Of a stretch of DNA of 64,000 nt, positions 12,771 to 22,710 are shown one piece after another. The position numbers and the translations under genes were made by a program. The number at the start of each line of letters is the position of its first letter. Position 1 is the stretch's first letter. The notes under the pieces were generated by a model. It searched no databases, had not been told where the DNA came from, and saw only the letters and a list, made by a program, of their open reading frames with translations. Source of the stretch: Candidatus Oxydemutatoraceae bacterium (GTDB taxonomy: Bacteria; Pseudomonadota; Gammaproteobacteria; Poriferisulfidales; Oxydemutatoraceae); contig OZ244717.1 in NCBI GenBank assembly GCA_965218975.1, forward strand, positions 192,001 through 256,000, written 5' to 3'.

Positions 12771-13934
12771 TCAGCAATTCTTAAAGTTCTTTTTGACGCA
12801 TTCGCGGGCAAGCGCTTGCGCTTTAGAGATATCGGCAGGGGCCATTTGTTCTTCCAATTCATCTCTTAACTTTGCTCCTTCTTCACTCCCGTTTTCGGAA
12901 GCGATGCTTGCCCACATATAAGCATAGACATTATCCTTTGTTAATCCCTTGCCAAGAGCATACGCCACGCCCAGTTTATATTGCGTATCTGCATTTCCCT
13001 GTTCGGCAGCGCGTCTGAACCACTCCACTGCTTTTTGGTCATCCTGAGGAACGCCATGTCCCTCGGCATACGCCACGCCTAGATTGTATTGCGCATCTGC
13101 ATTTCCCTGTTCGGCAGCGCGTCTGAACCACTCCGTTGCTTTCTGATCATCCTGAGAAACACCGCGTCCCGCGGCATACGCCACGCCTAGGTAAAATTGC
13201 GCATCTGCATTTCCCTGTTCGGCAGCGCGTCTGAACCACTCCACTGCTTTTTGGTCATCCTGAGGAACGCCGCGTCCCGCGGCATACGCCACGCCTAGAT
13301 TATATTGCGTATCTGCATTTCCCTGTTCAGCAGCGCGTCTGAACCACTCCACTGCTTTTTGGTCATCCTGAGGAACGCCATGTCCCTCGGCATACGCTAC
13401 GCCTAGATTGTATTGCGCATCTGCATTTCCCTGTTCGGCAGCAAGTCTGAACCACTCCGTTGCCTTCTGATCATCCTGAGAAATACCGCGCCCCGCGGCA
13501 TACGCCACGCCCAGATTAGATTGTGCACTTGCATGCCCCTGTTCGGCAGCATGTCTGAACCACTCCACTGCTTTTTGGTCATCCTGAGGAACACCGCGTC
13601 CCGTGGCATACGCCACGCCTAGATTAGATTGCGCATTTGCATTTCCCTGCTCGGCAGCGCGTCTGTACCGTTTCACTGATTGCTGATCGTTCTGGGAAAT
13701 ATCGAGTCTACTCTCGTCCTTGGGTTTGTCCTTGGGTTTGTCCTCGGATTTTATTGAGAAGCTTTTTGTTGAGATGAAGGTTTCTATTTTTATGGACTTG
13801 GCCTTTATTGAGAGTGAGAAGGAGGACGGTCTTGCTTCTCCAGAATCAGTAGATCGGGATATCCATCGCTTCAATAATGTAGGCAATAAAACAGAAATGA
13901 AGGACAAAAAAGCTTTCTTTATTATATTGTACAT
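12771..13934 (-). CDS. Sel1-like repeat protein (7 repeats) with an N-terminal hydrophobic segment
   Basis: 36-aa repeats AAEQG.A.AQ.NLGVAYA.G.GV.QDDQKA.EWF. Start taken at MYNIIKK because the upstream part of the ORF is IS sequence. Confidence 0.88.
   Translation of the reverse strand: MYNIIKKAFLSFISVLLPTLLKRWISRSTDSGEARPSSFSLSIKAKSIKIETFISTKSFSIKSEDKPKDKPKDESRLDISQNDQQSVKRYRRAAEQGNANAQSNLGVAYATGRGVPQDDQKAVEWFRHAAEQGHASAQSNLGVAYAAGRGISQDDQKATEWFRLAAEQGNADAQYNLGVAYAEGHGVPQDDQKAVEWFRRAAEQGNADTQYNLGVAYAAGRGVPQDDQKAVEWFRRAAEQGNADAQFYLGVAYAAGRGVSQDDQKATEWFRRAAEQGNADAQYNLGVAYAEGHGVPQDDQKAVEWFRRAAEQGNADTQYKLGVAYALGKGLTKDNVYAYMWASIASENGSEEGAKLRDELEEQMAPADISKAQALARECVKKNFKNC
12909..13664. repeat. 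Seven near-identical 108-bp coding tandem repeats
   Basis: Recurring GCATTTCCCTGTTCGGCAGCGCGTCTGAACCACTCC / GCATACGCCACGCC at a 108-bp period. Confidence 0.9.
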
Positions 13935-13952
13935 GTTCAGATTCACACTGGA

Positions 13953-14816
13953 TGTACAATACCACCCCAGTGGGATTCTTGCAGAGCTTTGTGGGAAGCA
14001 TTCGGCAACAACATTCGGATCGGTGCTTGCTGTCCGTTGCCGGGTGAGACGCGCCTGGAAAACCGATCGGTTTTCAGCGGCGAACGACCCGACAAAGACG
14101 TCGGGGCTGGCGCTCATTGACAGAACCAGGTCTCGTCATGGACGACAGGCACTTTGCTGAGCATTTACCAACAAACACAAAACGGTTTCATCAGCTCAAA
14201 AACTTTACTGCTGCCGAAATTCTGCCCGGCGCAGGCGTTTGATTTCACGCTGAATCGGTTGTGGCCAGATCCGCCGACATCTCTTACGCGGCGCCGGCCG
14301 CGGGCATCGAGGTGCTGCAGGATACGGCGCATCTTATCGGGGGCTGCGGCGATGATGCGCCCGATAGTCGAGACGCTGGGGGTGGTCAGGCCGTGGCGCT
14401 CGCACCACGGCTCAAGCAACTTCTGCACCGGCTGTTTACCTAAGTTCGGATACCGCTCGCGCAGACGGCGGATTGCTTGCACCAAACCGGATGGGCACCG
14501 CGCCTGCCGTCGGCGATGCGGTGCGGTCGAACGCGGCGCCAGTGCCGCTACGTTGTGTCCGGCTTCCCTCAAGGTCTGCCGCCACCGATACAAGGTACGG
14601 CGACTGACTTTGAATGCATCGCAGGCAGCGGCTATGCCATGGTTTTCCTGGAAGGTGAGAATTTTGAGTCGTTGTTTTGCATCGTAAGTCATAGTATCCC
14701 AACTATGCCCGATTTTAGCGACCCGGTAAAACCCCCGGATTCGATAGCCTATGTGTTGGATTTGCAAGGCTGCTTCTCCTGTCGGCAGGAGTGCCAAATG
14801 TTTCTGAGCTTATGCA
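13953..14816 (-). mobile_element. IS481-like remnant with both ends, transposase N-terminus and 1 module
   Basis: Right end TGTACAATACCACCCCAGTGGGATT; QIQHIGYRIRGFY...ACDAFKVSRRTLYRW HTH; module starts at 14042; left end at about 14816. Confidence 0.82.
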
Positions 14817-15544
14817 CCCTTTAGCGTACGCGCTACAACCCATACTTCAACGATATCAATTCCGGCCGTATTCAGCAATCGGGCAATTTCATTAACCGTC
14901 GCACCAGTAGTCATCACGTCATCAACAATGGCAACGTGTCGGGCAAAAGGTTTATGGTGCAATTGATAAGCGCCCCGAGCATTATGCAAACGATATTTTG
15001 CCGTCAATGCGGTTTGCGGTTGACGATCGCAGATTTTACGCACGCATGACGCATCCATCCGAATGCCAAAATGGTGCGCCAACAGCTTGGCGATTTCATA
15101 CGCTTGGTTAAACCCTCGTTGCGACAAACGCTTCCGATGTAACGGTACCGGTATTAATATATCCGGCAAAGTCACCCCCAGCTGTTTTAATCGCCATGCC
15201 ATTAACTGTGCAATGGTGCGTACATCAACATAGCGTCCATGATACTTCACTCCTCGAATTAAATAATCAATCGGCGACCGATATGCAAATGCTGCAATTG
15301 CACGTGCGAATTCCGGCGGCTGAGTTAGGCATTTCCCGCAGACCGAATGCTGCCGGAACATCTCAGGCAGCAATGACATTGCACAAATTTCACAACTATG
15401 ATCAAGACACGGCAAGTCGTACCGACACGTCTCGCATAGACCGAATCCGGGTAACGTCTTACCAAGGCACAGTAAGCACGGCGATACAAACACGTGGTCC
15501 AGCACTACTCTGATCCATGTACGTAAGCGCTTCATGTTTGACAC
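14810..15544 (-). CDS. comF: ComF family protein (double zinc ribbon + PRTase)
   Basis: CxxC pairs, PVPLH..RL.QRGFNQA, VDDVMTTGAT; divergent from bioB. Confidence 0.93.
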   Translation of the reverse strand: MSNMKRLRTWIRVVLDHVFVSPCLLCLGKTLPGFGLCETCRYDLPCLDHSCEICAMSLLPEMFRQHSVCGKCLTQPPEFARAIAAFAYRSPIDYLIRGVKYHGRYVDVRTIAQLMAWRLKQLGVTLPDILIPVPLHRKRLSQRGFNQAYEIAKLLAHHFGIRMDASCVRKICDRQPQTALTAKYRLHNARGAYQLHHKPFARHVAIVDDVMTTGATVNEIARLLNTAGIDIVEVWVVARTLKGA

Positions 15545-15591
15545 ATCCGCTAGTAACGATAGACTAACAGATTAAATATTTTTAACTTGCG

Positions 15592-16596
15592 ATGGCAACC
15601 GAAAATCCGACAACTTCTATAGATGATGAATCCCTCATTCGTCACGATTGGACAAATGAGGAAACGATCGCATTGCTGGAGCAGCCGTTTAATGATTTGT
15701 TGGCTCAAGCGCACAACGCCCACCGTCGCTTTCACGACCCTAACAAAATACAGATTAGCACTTTGCTTTCGGTGAAAACCGGTAACTGTCCGGAAGATTG
15801 CGCATACTGTCCGCAAAGCGTGCACTACAAAACCGATGTCGGGGTGGAAAAGCTTTTGACTACCGACGAGGTGACCGCTGCAGCGAAACGCGCCAAACAA
15901 GCCGGCGCCGAACGCTTTTGTATGGGCGCCGCATGGCGACAACCCACGAACCGCAACCTTGAAAGCATTGCTAAAATGGTGCAGGCGGTGAAACAGCTCG
16001 GACTCGAAACTTGTGCGACTTTGGGTATGCTCAGCGAGGGTCAAGCACAACATCTGTTTGAATCCGGTTTGAATTATTACAATCATAACCTTGATACTTC
16101 TCCCGAGTTTTACGGCACGGTTATCACAACACGCACTTACCAGGAGCGCTTGGACACACTGGAAAATGTTCGTCGCGCCAACTTAAAGGTTTGCTGCGGT
16201 GGGATTCTTGGCATGGGAGAATCCCGCAACGACCGTGCCAGCCTGTTAATGCAACTTGCCAACTTGCCGCAACATCCCGAATCGGTGCCGATAAATATGC
16301 TGGTGCAAGTTAAAGGAACCCCTCTGTATCAACAGGTGCCGGAGCTTGACCCTCTTGAGTTTATTCGCACAGTCGCCGTCGGTAGGATACTGATGCCACG
16401 CGCATGGATACGCTTATCCGCCGGACGGCAGGCAATGTCCGACGAAATGCAGGCTTTCTGCTTTTTTGCGGGGGCAAACTCAGTTTTTTACGGTGAAACA
16501 CTCCTGACGACGCCAAACGTCGATGTCGAACGCGACTTAGACTTATTTAAGCGGCTCGGTATCAAAGGGCCACGACGGCCTGATAACATTAATTGA
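15592..16596 (+). CDS. bioB: Biotin synthase
   Basis: [15 protein letters not shown] radical-SAM motif, [15 protein letters not shown]. Confidence 0.98.
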   Translation: MATENPTTSIDDESLIRHDWTNEETIALLEQPFNDLLAQAHNAHRRFHDPNKIQISTLLSVKTGNCPEDCAYCPQSVHYKTDVGVEKLLTTDEVTAAAKRAKQAGAERFCMGAAWRQPTNRNLESIAKMVQAVKQLGLETCATLGMLSEGQAQHLFESGLNYYNHNLDTSPEFYGTVITTRTYQERLDTLENVRRANLKVCCGGILGMGESRNDRASLLMQLANLPQHPESVPINMLVQVKGTPLYQQVPELDPLEFIRTVAVGRILMPRAWIRLSAGRQAMSDEMQAFCFFAGANSVFYGETLLTTPNVDVERDLDLFKRLGIKGPRRPDNIN

Positions 16597-16601
16597 TCAG
16601 A

Positions 16602-17792
16602 ATGAAAAGTGTACGCCGGCATCTTGATGCAATAAAATATGCTGGCTTATATCGCACCCGCAATCTTTGCGATAGCAAAACTCACACGCACCGCATTATT
16701 AACCGCCGTGAAGTTGTTTCCTTTTGTAGTAACGATTACCTCGGACTTGCATCCGATCCGCGGGTGGTGCGCGCATTGCAAAAAGGCGCTGAGGATTTTG
16801 GCGTCGGTAGTGGCGCATCGTATTTAATCAACGGTTACACACGCGCACATGAAGCACTTGAAACCAAACTTGCGACATTGACCGGACGCGATCGCGCGCT
16901 ACTGTTCTCTACCGGTTTCATGGCAAACTTAGGTGTGATACACGCATTGGTAAGACGTGGTGAAGCCGTGTTGCAAGATCGATTAAGCCACGCATCATTG
17001 ATTGACGGTGCGCAGCTTGCCCAAGCAAAGCTCAAGCGTTACGCACACGGCGACCCTACCGCATTGGACGCTTTGCTTGTCGGCACCACCGGTACTTTTG
17101 TTGCAACCGATACGGTGTTTAGTATGGACGGCGACATCGCACCATTGATCGAGCTTGCGGATGTTTGCGGCAAACATCAGGCAGTGTTGCTGGTAGATGA
17201 TGCGCATGGTTTCGGGATTTTTGGGAACAACGGGAGCGGTACTGTTGCGCAGCACCGGCTTAACCAAACGCAAGTGCCGATTCTAATCGGTACTTTTGGC
17301 AAAGCATGCGGCACTTTTGGTGCGTTTGTCGCCGGGGACGAAGCACTGATTGAAACGTTGGTACAACAGGCGCGCACTTACATCTATACGACCGCACTAC
17401 CCGCGGCGGTTGCTTGCGCAACATTGCGAAGTTTGGAGATTATCGCTGCCGAACCGGAACGACGCGAATGGCTGCATGAAAACATCACATTATTTAGGCA
17501 ATGTGCCGCTGATGCTGATTTACCAACTCATTCACAAACTGCAATACAGCCGATTATTGTTCACGATGCGCGGCTTGCAGTTGCCATCAGCAGCGCACTA
17601 TTCAACGATGGCATTCAGGTCAGCGCCATTCGTCCGCCGACCGTTGCCGAAGGTATGGCGCGTTTGCGCATTACTCTGTCAAGCCAGCATACCAAACAAG
17701 ACATCCGGCGATTGGTTCAAAGCTTGGCACTTCATTACCGAAATTTTGTCACCAAGACGACAACGCATCCGAATAAACATTCGATAACTTGA
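16602..17792 (+). CDS. bioF: 8-amino-7-oxononanoate synthase
   Basis: FCSNDYLGL, HASLIDG, FSMDGD, DDAHG, GTFGKA, IRPPTV. Confidence 0.96.
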   Translation: MKSVRRHLDAIKYAGLYRTRNLCDSKTHTHRIINRREVVSFCSNDYLGLASDPRVVRALQKGAEDFGVGSGASYLINGYTRAHEALETKLATLTGRDRALLFSTGFMANLGVIHALVRRGEAVLQDRLSHASLIDGAQLAQAKLKRYAHGDPTALDALLVGTTGTFVATDTVFSMDGDIAPLIELADVCGKHQAVLLVDDAHGFGIFGNNGSGTVAQHRLNQTQVPILIGTFGKACGTFGAFVAGDEALIETLVQQARTYIYTTALPAAVACATLRSLEIIAAEPERREWLHENITLFRQCAADADLPTHSQTAIQPIIVHDARLAVAISSALFNDGIQVSAIRPPTVAEGMARLRITLSSQHTKQDIRRLVQSLALHYRNFVTKTTTHPNKHSIT

Positions 17793-18167
17793 GATACGGA
17801 TCACATCCGAAAACAAGAGCAAGCCCGGAAGAGCTATGTATTCAACTTAGGGGGGGAGAGACAAACCTTATGTTTCAATCATTTGGTATACAATATCCGA
17901 AATGTAGATGGGCATAAGCCTGTATGCACCAAATACGGATGTACGGAGAAAGAGACTCCTCATAATAAAGTCGGTGATTATCTATGTAGGGTGTGTAGAA
18001 TCTATTTTAATTTTTTCATTAGCATGTCGCTTGAGAAAATAAAGTAGATGTTAGATCAAATGACCGGATATTGATATCTCAGAGCATAAGGTTGAAGATG
18101 ATGACGAAATCTAATGTTTTTCTGCGCTTGGCACGCTGAATTTTGGAATGCCCCATATAGAATTGGC

Positions 18168-18297
18168 ATGTCGCATCTTGATCATTTAAAGCGGTTTTAT
18201 GCCCTTCTTGATCTGCTCGAGAAACGACTCGGTGGCGCTCGCCAACTGTCCGGTTGCTCTTGTAGTATGTCATGGCCGAAGCGCGGTGTCTATTTCT
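18168..18297 (+). pseudogene. N-terminal remnant of a hypothetical (possibly GIY-YIG-like) gene cut by an IS end
   Basis: MSHLDHLKRFYALLDLLEKRLGG...WPKRGVYF stops exactly at the IS terminal TGT (18298). Confidence 0.4.
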
Positions 18298-19470
18298 TGT
18301 ACGATGCCACCCTAAAAGGGATTCTTGAAGGGCTTCGGGGAAAGCGTTCGGCAGTAACATTTGAATCGGTGCTTTCTGTCCGTTGCCGACATGAGGGCGG
18401 TGCAGGGTGAGACGCGCCCGGAAAACCGATCGGTTTTCAACGGCGAACGACCCGACAAGGACGTCGGGGCTGGCGCTCATTGACAGAACCAAATCTCGTC
18501 ATGGACGACAGGCACTTTGCTGAGCATTCACCAACAAACACAAAACGGCTTCATAACCGATCATTGAATGCTTCCGTATCGGTAAATAGCAAGTTTTCCG
18601 CATGATCAATACAATCCTCCTGGACGATACGATTGAAGCGCTCGATGTGCGCGTTCATTTTTGGACACTTGGGATAGGTCAGCCACTGCTCAATCACGGG
18701 TGATTCCCGGATGAGCCGGGCAAACTATCCTTGAAACTCACTCCCGCCGTCCGTCAGGGTGAGACGCGCTCGGAAAACCGATCGGTTTTCAGCGGCTAAC
18801 GACCCGACAAGGACGTCGGGGCTGGCGCTCATTGACAGAACCAAGTCTCGTCATGGACGACAAGCACTTTGCCAGGTTGCGGCAGTACCGACACTATACA
18901 CGCCAGGGTCAGGCGCAGGAATGCGGCAGCACTACGGCTGTTACAGCGGTTGGTTGCCACTGCTATTGCCATTCGGGTATAGACATTGATGCCCGTTAAG
19001 ACGTAGCGGCGCACTCCGTGCTGATAACACACAGTATCCAGGGCGATGCAATGCCCCGGATACTGTGCTTTGAAGTGTTTCGGCTTGCGTGCCCTGCAAC
19101 GGCGCTTGAACAGTCGTTTTGTTTGTCCTTTGGCATTCAGCCGCTGCGGAATACAGCGCATTTTATCCGGCGCATCTGCGGTCAGGCGCGCAATTGTGCG
19201 GACACTTGGGCAGAGCAGCTGGTGGCGATGGCAAAACGGTTTCATCAGCTCAAAGACTTTATTGCTGCCGAGATTCGCCAAAGCTGTCAAAATTCTGCCC
19301 GGCGTAGGCGTTTGATTTCATGCTGAATCGCCTGCGGCCAGATCCGCCGACGCCTCTTGCGCGGCGCTTTGCCGCGGTCATACAAGGCGCTGAGTCCAGT
19401 GCGGCGATAACGTCTGCGCCAGCGGTACAAAGTGCTGCGACCGACCTTGAATGCGTTCGGGGGTTACAAC
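18298..19470 (-). mobile_element. IS481-like remnant with the longest transposase fragment and 2 modules
   Basis: Right end at 18298; fragments ELMKPFCHRHQLLCPSVRTIARL, PGHCIALDT, TDGGSEF, NAHIERFNR; modules at 18405 and 18757. Confidence 0.85.
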
Positions 19471-19608
19471 CGGAGAGGAGTTGATATGTTCCTTGCTAAA
19501 TTAAGATATTTCTCCTCCGCCTAGCATGATCGGAAGATCTTTTGCAAGGGCATCGCGGGGGCAACTACGTACTGAACGCACATAGTCCGTGTGCAGCCGT
19601 TACATCTT

Positions 19609-20562
19609 TCAGTAGAATACGCGGGCCATCCCTGCTATCGCTTTGCGCAGGGCGTGTTCAACCGGGGGCTCGGATTGACTGTGGCCGGCGGCTCCGGCGT
19701 AAACCACTTTGCTTGCAGACCAGTGTCTCGATAGATGATACGCTGTTTCGGGCGGACATAGAAGATCGTAGCGGGATTGGACAATCACGCCACAAATATT
19801 GTTAAGGCGTGAGGCATGCTTGATTAACTGGTTTGTCTCCAAAAAGCAGCGGTTCGAAAAATAGTGTGCTTCCATACGCGGAGTTGCAGGCTGTGGAAAA
19901 TCTGTATTCAACAATGCCGAAAAATTACTCGGGAATGCGGGTAAGGTTGGTTCTAGATGGGATAGGGCGCGCTCATAATCGTGCCATATATAACTGGCTG
20001 GCAGCGCAATTTCCGGATCACTATGTAAAATACGCCGATAATAAGATTGCATCGGGTTTTGTCTTTCTTCTTCCGGTAATAAGGCGATAAATCTCCGATA
20101 CAGTTCCGGATAGAATATCTGCGGCAATGTGACAAACGCCTGCAACAGCTCCTCACCACTACCTAGGAACGTGGAACGCAAAACAATGCCTGCAACTACC
20201 TGCGGGTACGCCTCAGCGTAAGCAATCGCAAGCAACGCCCCCCATGAGCCACCGACCACAAACCAGCGTTTAACTCCTATCTGTCGGCGAATTAATTCAA
20301 GATCGGCAAGTAAATGCATAGTGGTATTTTTCTCCAAAGCGCCTTTAGGGGCACTTTCTCCGGCGCCTCTTTGATCGGGCGCAATCACGCGAAAACGATT
20401 CAGGTTAAACAGACGACATAGCGAAGGACGACAACCGCTACCCGGGCCGCCATGGAGAAATACGACGGGAATTCCAGTTTCGGAACCGTATTCTTTTATC
20501 GACAGGACGTGGGGAGGGTCAACCGGCAGTTTATAATGGCAACGGGGCTCAACTTCCCGCAT
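19609..20562 (-). CDS. pip: Prolyl aminopeptidase (S33, alpha/beta hydrolase)
   Basis: FLHGGPGSG, DQRGAG.S, GGSWG nucleophile, RYDLLCP, AGHS; overlaps the pqqE stop. Confidence 0.88.
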   Translation of the reverse strand: MREVEPRCHYKLPVDPPHVLSIKEYGSETGIPVVFLHGGPGSGCRPSLCRLFNLNRFRVIAPDQRGAGESAPKGALEKNTTMHLLADLELIRRQIGVKRWFVVGGSWGALLAIAYAEAYPQVVAGIVLRSTFLGSGEELLQAFVTLPQIFYPELYRRFIALLPEEERQNPMQSYYRRILHSDPEIALPASYIWHDYERALSHLEPTLPAFPSNFSALLNTDFPQPATPRMEAHYFSNRCFLETNQLIKHASRLNNICGVIVQSRYDLLCPPETAYHLSRHWSASKVVYAGAAGHSQSEPPVEHALRKAIAGMARVFY

Positions 20563-21679
20563 TTATCGCTTTAACAGGTATTCCGCTTAGACGACGATAA
20601 TCAAACTGCTTTTCCTGTTTGTTAGATTCCGTAATGGCAATATTAAGCAATTCCTGATGGTGCTCTGAAAATTCGCACGCAGGGTCCATATTGGCGGCAT
20701 CACCGGTGATCGAGAATGCCTGACAACGGCAACCGCCCCAATCTATCTCCATACGAGGGCAAGATCGACATTTTTTCGGCATCCAATCAAGTCCGCGATA
20801 CTTTTCAAACGCATCCGAATTTTCCCAGATATCCGTCAACGTGCGCTCTTTGATATTATCGAACTCAAGAGTAGTAATGCTCTCGGCAGCGTGGCAGGGC
20901 ATGATTTTGCCGGAGGGTGTGACGTTAAGAAACTGTCGTGCCCAGCCTCCCATGCAGGCTTTCGGACGTTTTGCATAATAATCCGGAACAACATAGTCAA
21001 TGACGAGAATCCCCTTGAGTCGCTCGCGTGCGGCTGTAACGACCTCTGTCGCCTGTTCCAGTTGCGTGCGTTTGGGCATCAAAGCTGCGCGATTATGGTA
21101 AGCCCAACCGTAATACTGCACATGCGCAACTTCCAGCCGCGAAGCGCGCATTTCAACGGCAAAATCAATGATCGCCGATAGATTATGGATGTTCATCTTG
21201 TGAATCGGTGCATTGATTGTCAAAGATAAATTGTGTGTTTTGACGGCTTTGGCAATCCTGATTTTTTGCGCATAGCCGTCGTGATAGCCGCCAATCCGGT
21301 TAGCGCTGTCTTCTACGCTGTCCTGTATGCTAACCTGTACATGCTTTAGTCCCAACCCGGCAAGACGAGCGATGCGTTCATCATTGAGTAATACACCCGA
21401 AGTGATTAGGTTACTGTAAAGCCCCATCCCTTCGGCAGTTGCCACTAGCTGTTCAAGGTCTTTACGCACCGCCGGTTCGCCGCCGGAAAAATGCACTTGC
21501 AAAATCCCCATGTCCCGTGCCTGTATAAGTAAGTTGATCCATTGCTCAGTGGTTAGTTCGTTTGAGCGCCGTTCGAGCTGCATCGGATTGGAACAATACG
21601 GACATTGCAGAGGACAGCGGTGCGTTAATTCGCACAGGATCGAAACAGGCATCCCTATTGTCCGGTCACGCTGGCTCAT
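20549..21679 (-). CDS. pqqE: PqqA peptide cyclase (radical SAM/SPASM)
   Basis: ELTHRCPLQCPYCSNP, FSGGEP, KACMGGW, PCHAA, GGCRCQA. Confidence 0.98.
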   Translation of the reverse strand: MSQRDRTIGMPVSILCELTHRCPLQCPYCSNPMQLERRSNELTTEQWINLLIQARDMGILQVHFSGGEPAVRKDLEQLVATAEGMGLYSNLITSGVLLNDERIARLAGLGLKHVQVSIQDSVEDSANRIGGYHDGYAQKIRIAKAVKTHNLSLTINAPIHKMNIHNLSAIIDFAVEMRASRLEVAHVQYYGWAYHNRAALMPKRTQLEQATEVVTAARERLKGILVIDYVVPDYYAKRPKACMGGWARQFLNVTPSGKIMPCHAAESITTLEFDNIKERTLTDIWENSDAFEKYRGLDWMPKKCRSCPRMEIDWGGCRCQAFSITGDAANMDPACEFSEHHQELLNIAITESNKQEKQFDYRRLSGIPVKAINAGS

Positions 21680-22710
21680 ATCTGTATAAAATCCTTATCT
21701 GCGAGGTCCTGCAGCAGAAAGATGATGTCATTACGAATCTGTTCAATCGGAGCATCATAAGTCCGGGCCAGGTCGTCCGAAATTTGTGCGACCGTTGATT
21801 GACCGTTACATAAACGCAATATATTCAGTGCCACCTCGTCCGGTTCCAGTAGACGTTCCGGAGCAAGCAATACCCAACGATCACGCGCTTTGTCATGATG
21901 TAATTTGATGTGACCGGGTAGCAATGGTGCCGATTCTTCCGATACCATATCACGCTGCCTATCTTTGTTGAAAGCAGCGGGATCAAAACAATCGGGTGCA
22001 ATAAATCCGGGCTCAACGTAAGCGAAATAAAGTGCATCGAGTTGGCTCCATAAAACATCACACTTGAAGCGCAACGCGTCCAATACACCCTGCTGTTGAT
22101 CAATGGTACGTGCATTATCAAGCACGTAACTCAATGCCCATTCAACGTCACGGCGCGCCTGCATTAACCTCGGCTTAAAGTAAGCCAATGTCTTCTCTGT
22201 CACAAAATCATAGTTAGCCAGCATCCCGCTCATACGTTCGGAAATGATCTGCGGTGAAAATATCTCGGTTAACGACGATGCTACCGCGTCGAGCAAAGGC
22301 ATATCGGACACAAAATGGACGTAAGCTTCCACAGCAAACTTTGTCGCCGGTAGTGCACCTTTGCGCGAAATAACGTAATCACGTTCAAGCCCCAGATCTG
22401 AGCTTAGCTGCAACCACCGCTCAATGCCTCCTTCGCCGGCCTTGTCTCCATCATGATCTACGATCCTGGTCCGCCATGCCTGCCTCAGCTCGTGGCTGGG
22501 AAGTTTTGCCATTAGCAATGCATCTTTGATCGGGATTGCAGCCTGATAGCAATAACGATTCAATGCCCATGCCTGCACTTGCCCTTTGCTGAGTTTGCCG
22601 TTGTGAAGAAGTTGATGAAAAGGGTGCTTGTTATGATAATAGTCAGCACCTATCTTACGTAGGCTTTGTTCAAGCTGTTTCCGGCTTACAACCCGACTTA
22701 AATCAGCCAT
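21676..22710 (-). CDS. pqqC: Fused PqqC-PqqD
   Basis: PqqC motifs YHNKHPFH, RIVDHDG, FKCDVLWSQLDAL, followed in frame by PqqD-like WVLLAPER...ILRLCNG..TV..I. Confidence 0.93.
   Translation of the reverse strand: MADLSRVVSRKQLEQSLRKIGADYYHNKHPFHQLLHNGKLSKGQVQAWALNRYCYQAAIPIKDALLMAKLPSHELRQAWRTRIVDHDGDKAGEGGIERWLQLSSDLGLERDYVISRKGALPATKFAVEAYVHFVSDMPLLDAVASSLTEIFSPQIISERMSGMLANYDFVTEKTLAYFKPRLMQARRDVEWALSYVLDNARTIDQQQGVLDALRFKCDVLWSQLDALYFAYVEPGFIAPDCFDPAAFNKDRQRDMVSEESAPLLPGHIKLHHDKARDRWVLLAPERLLEPDEVALNILRLCNGQSTVAQISDDLARTYDAPIEQIRNDIIFLLQDLADKDFIQI

Noticed and set aside
13935-14117. N-terminal extension of the Sel1 ORF
   Set aside because: Mostly module and IS right-end sequence; the real start is more likely 13934.
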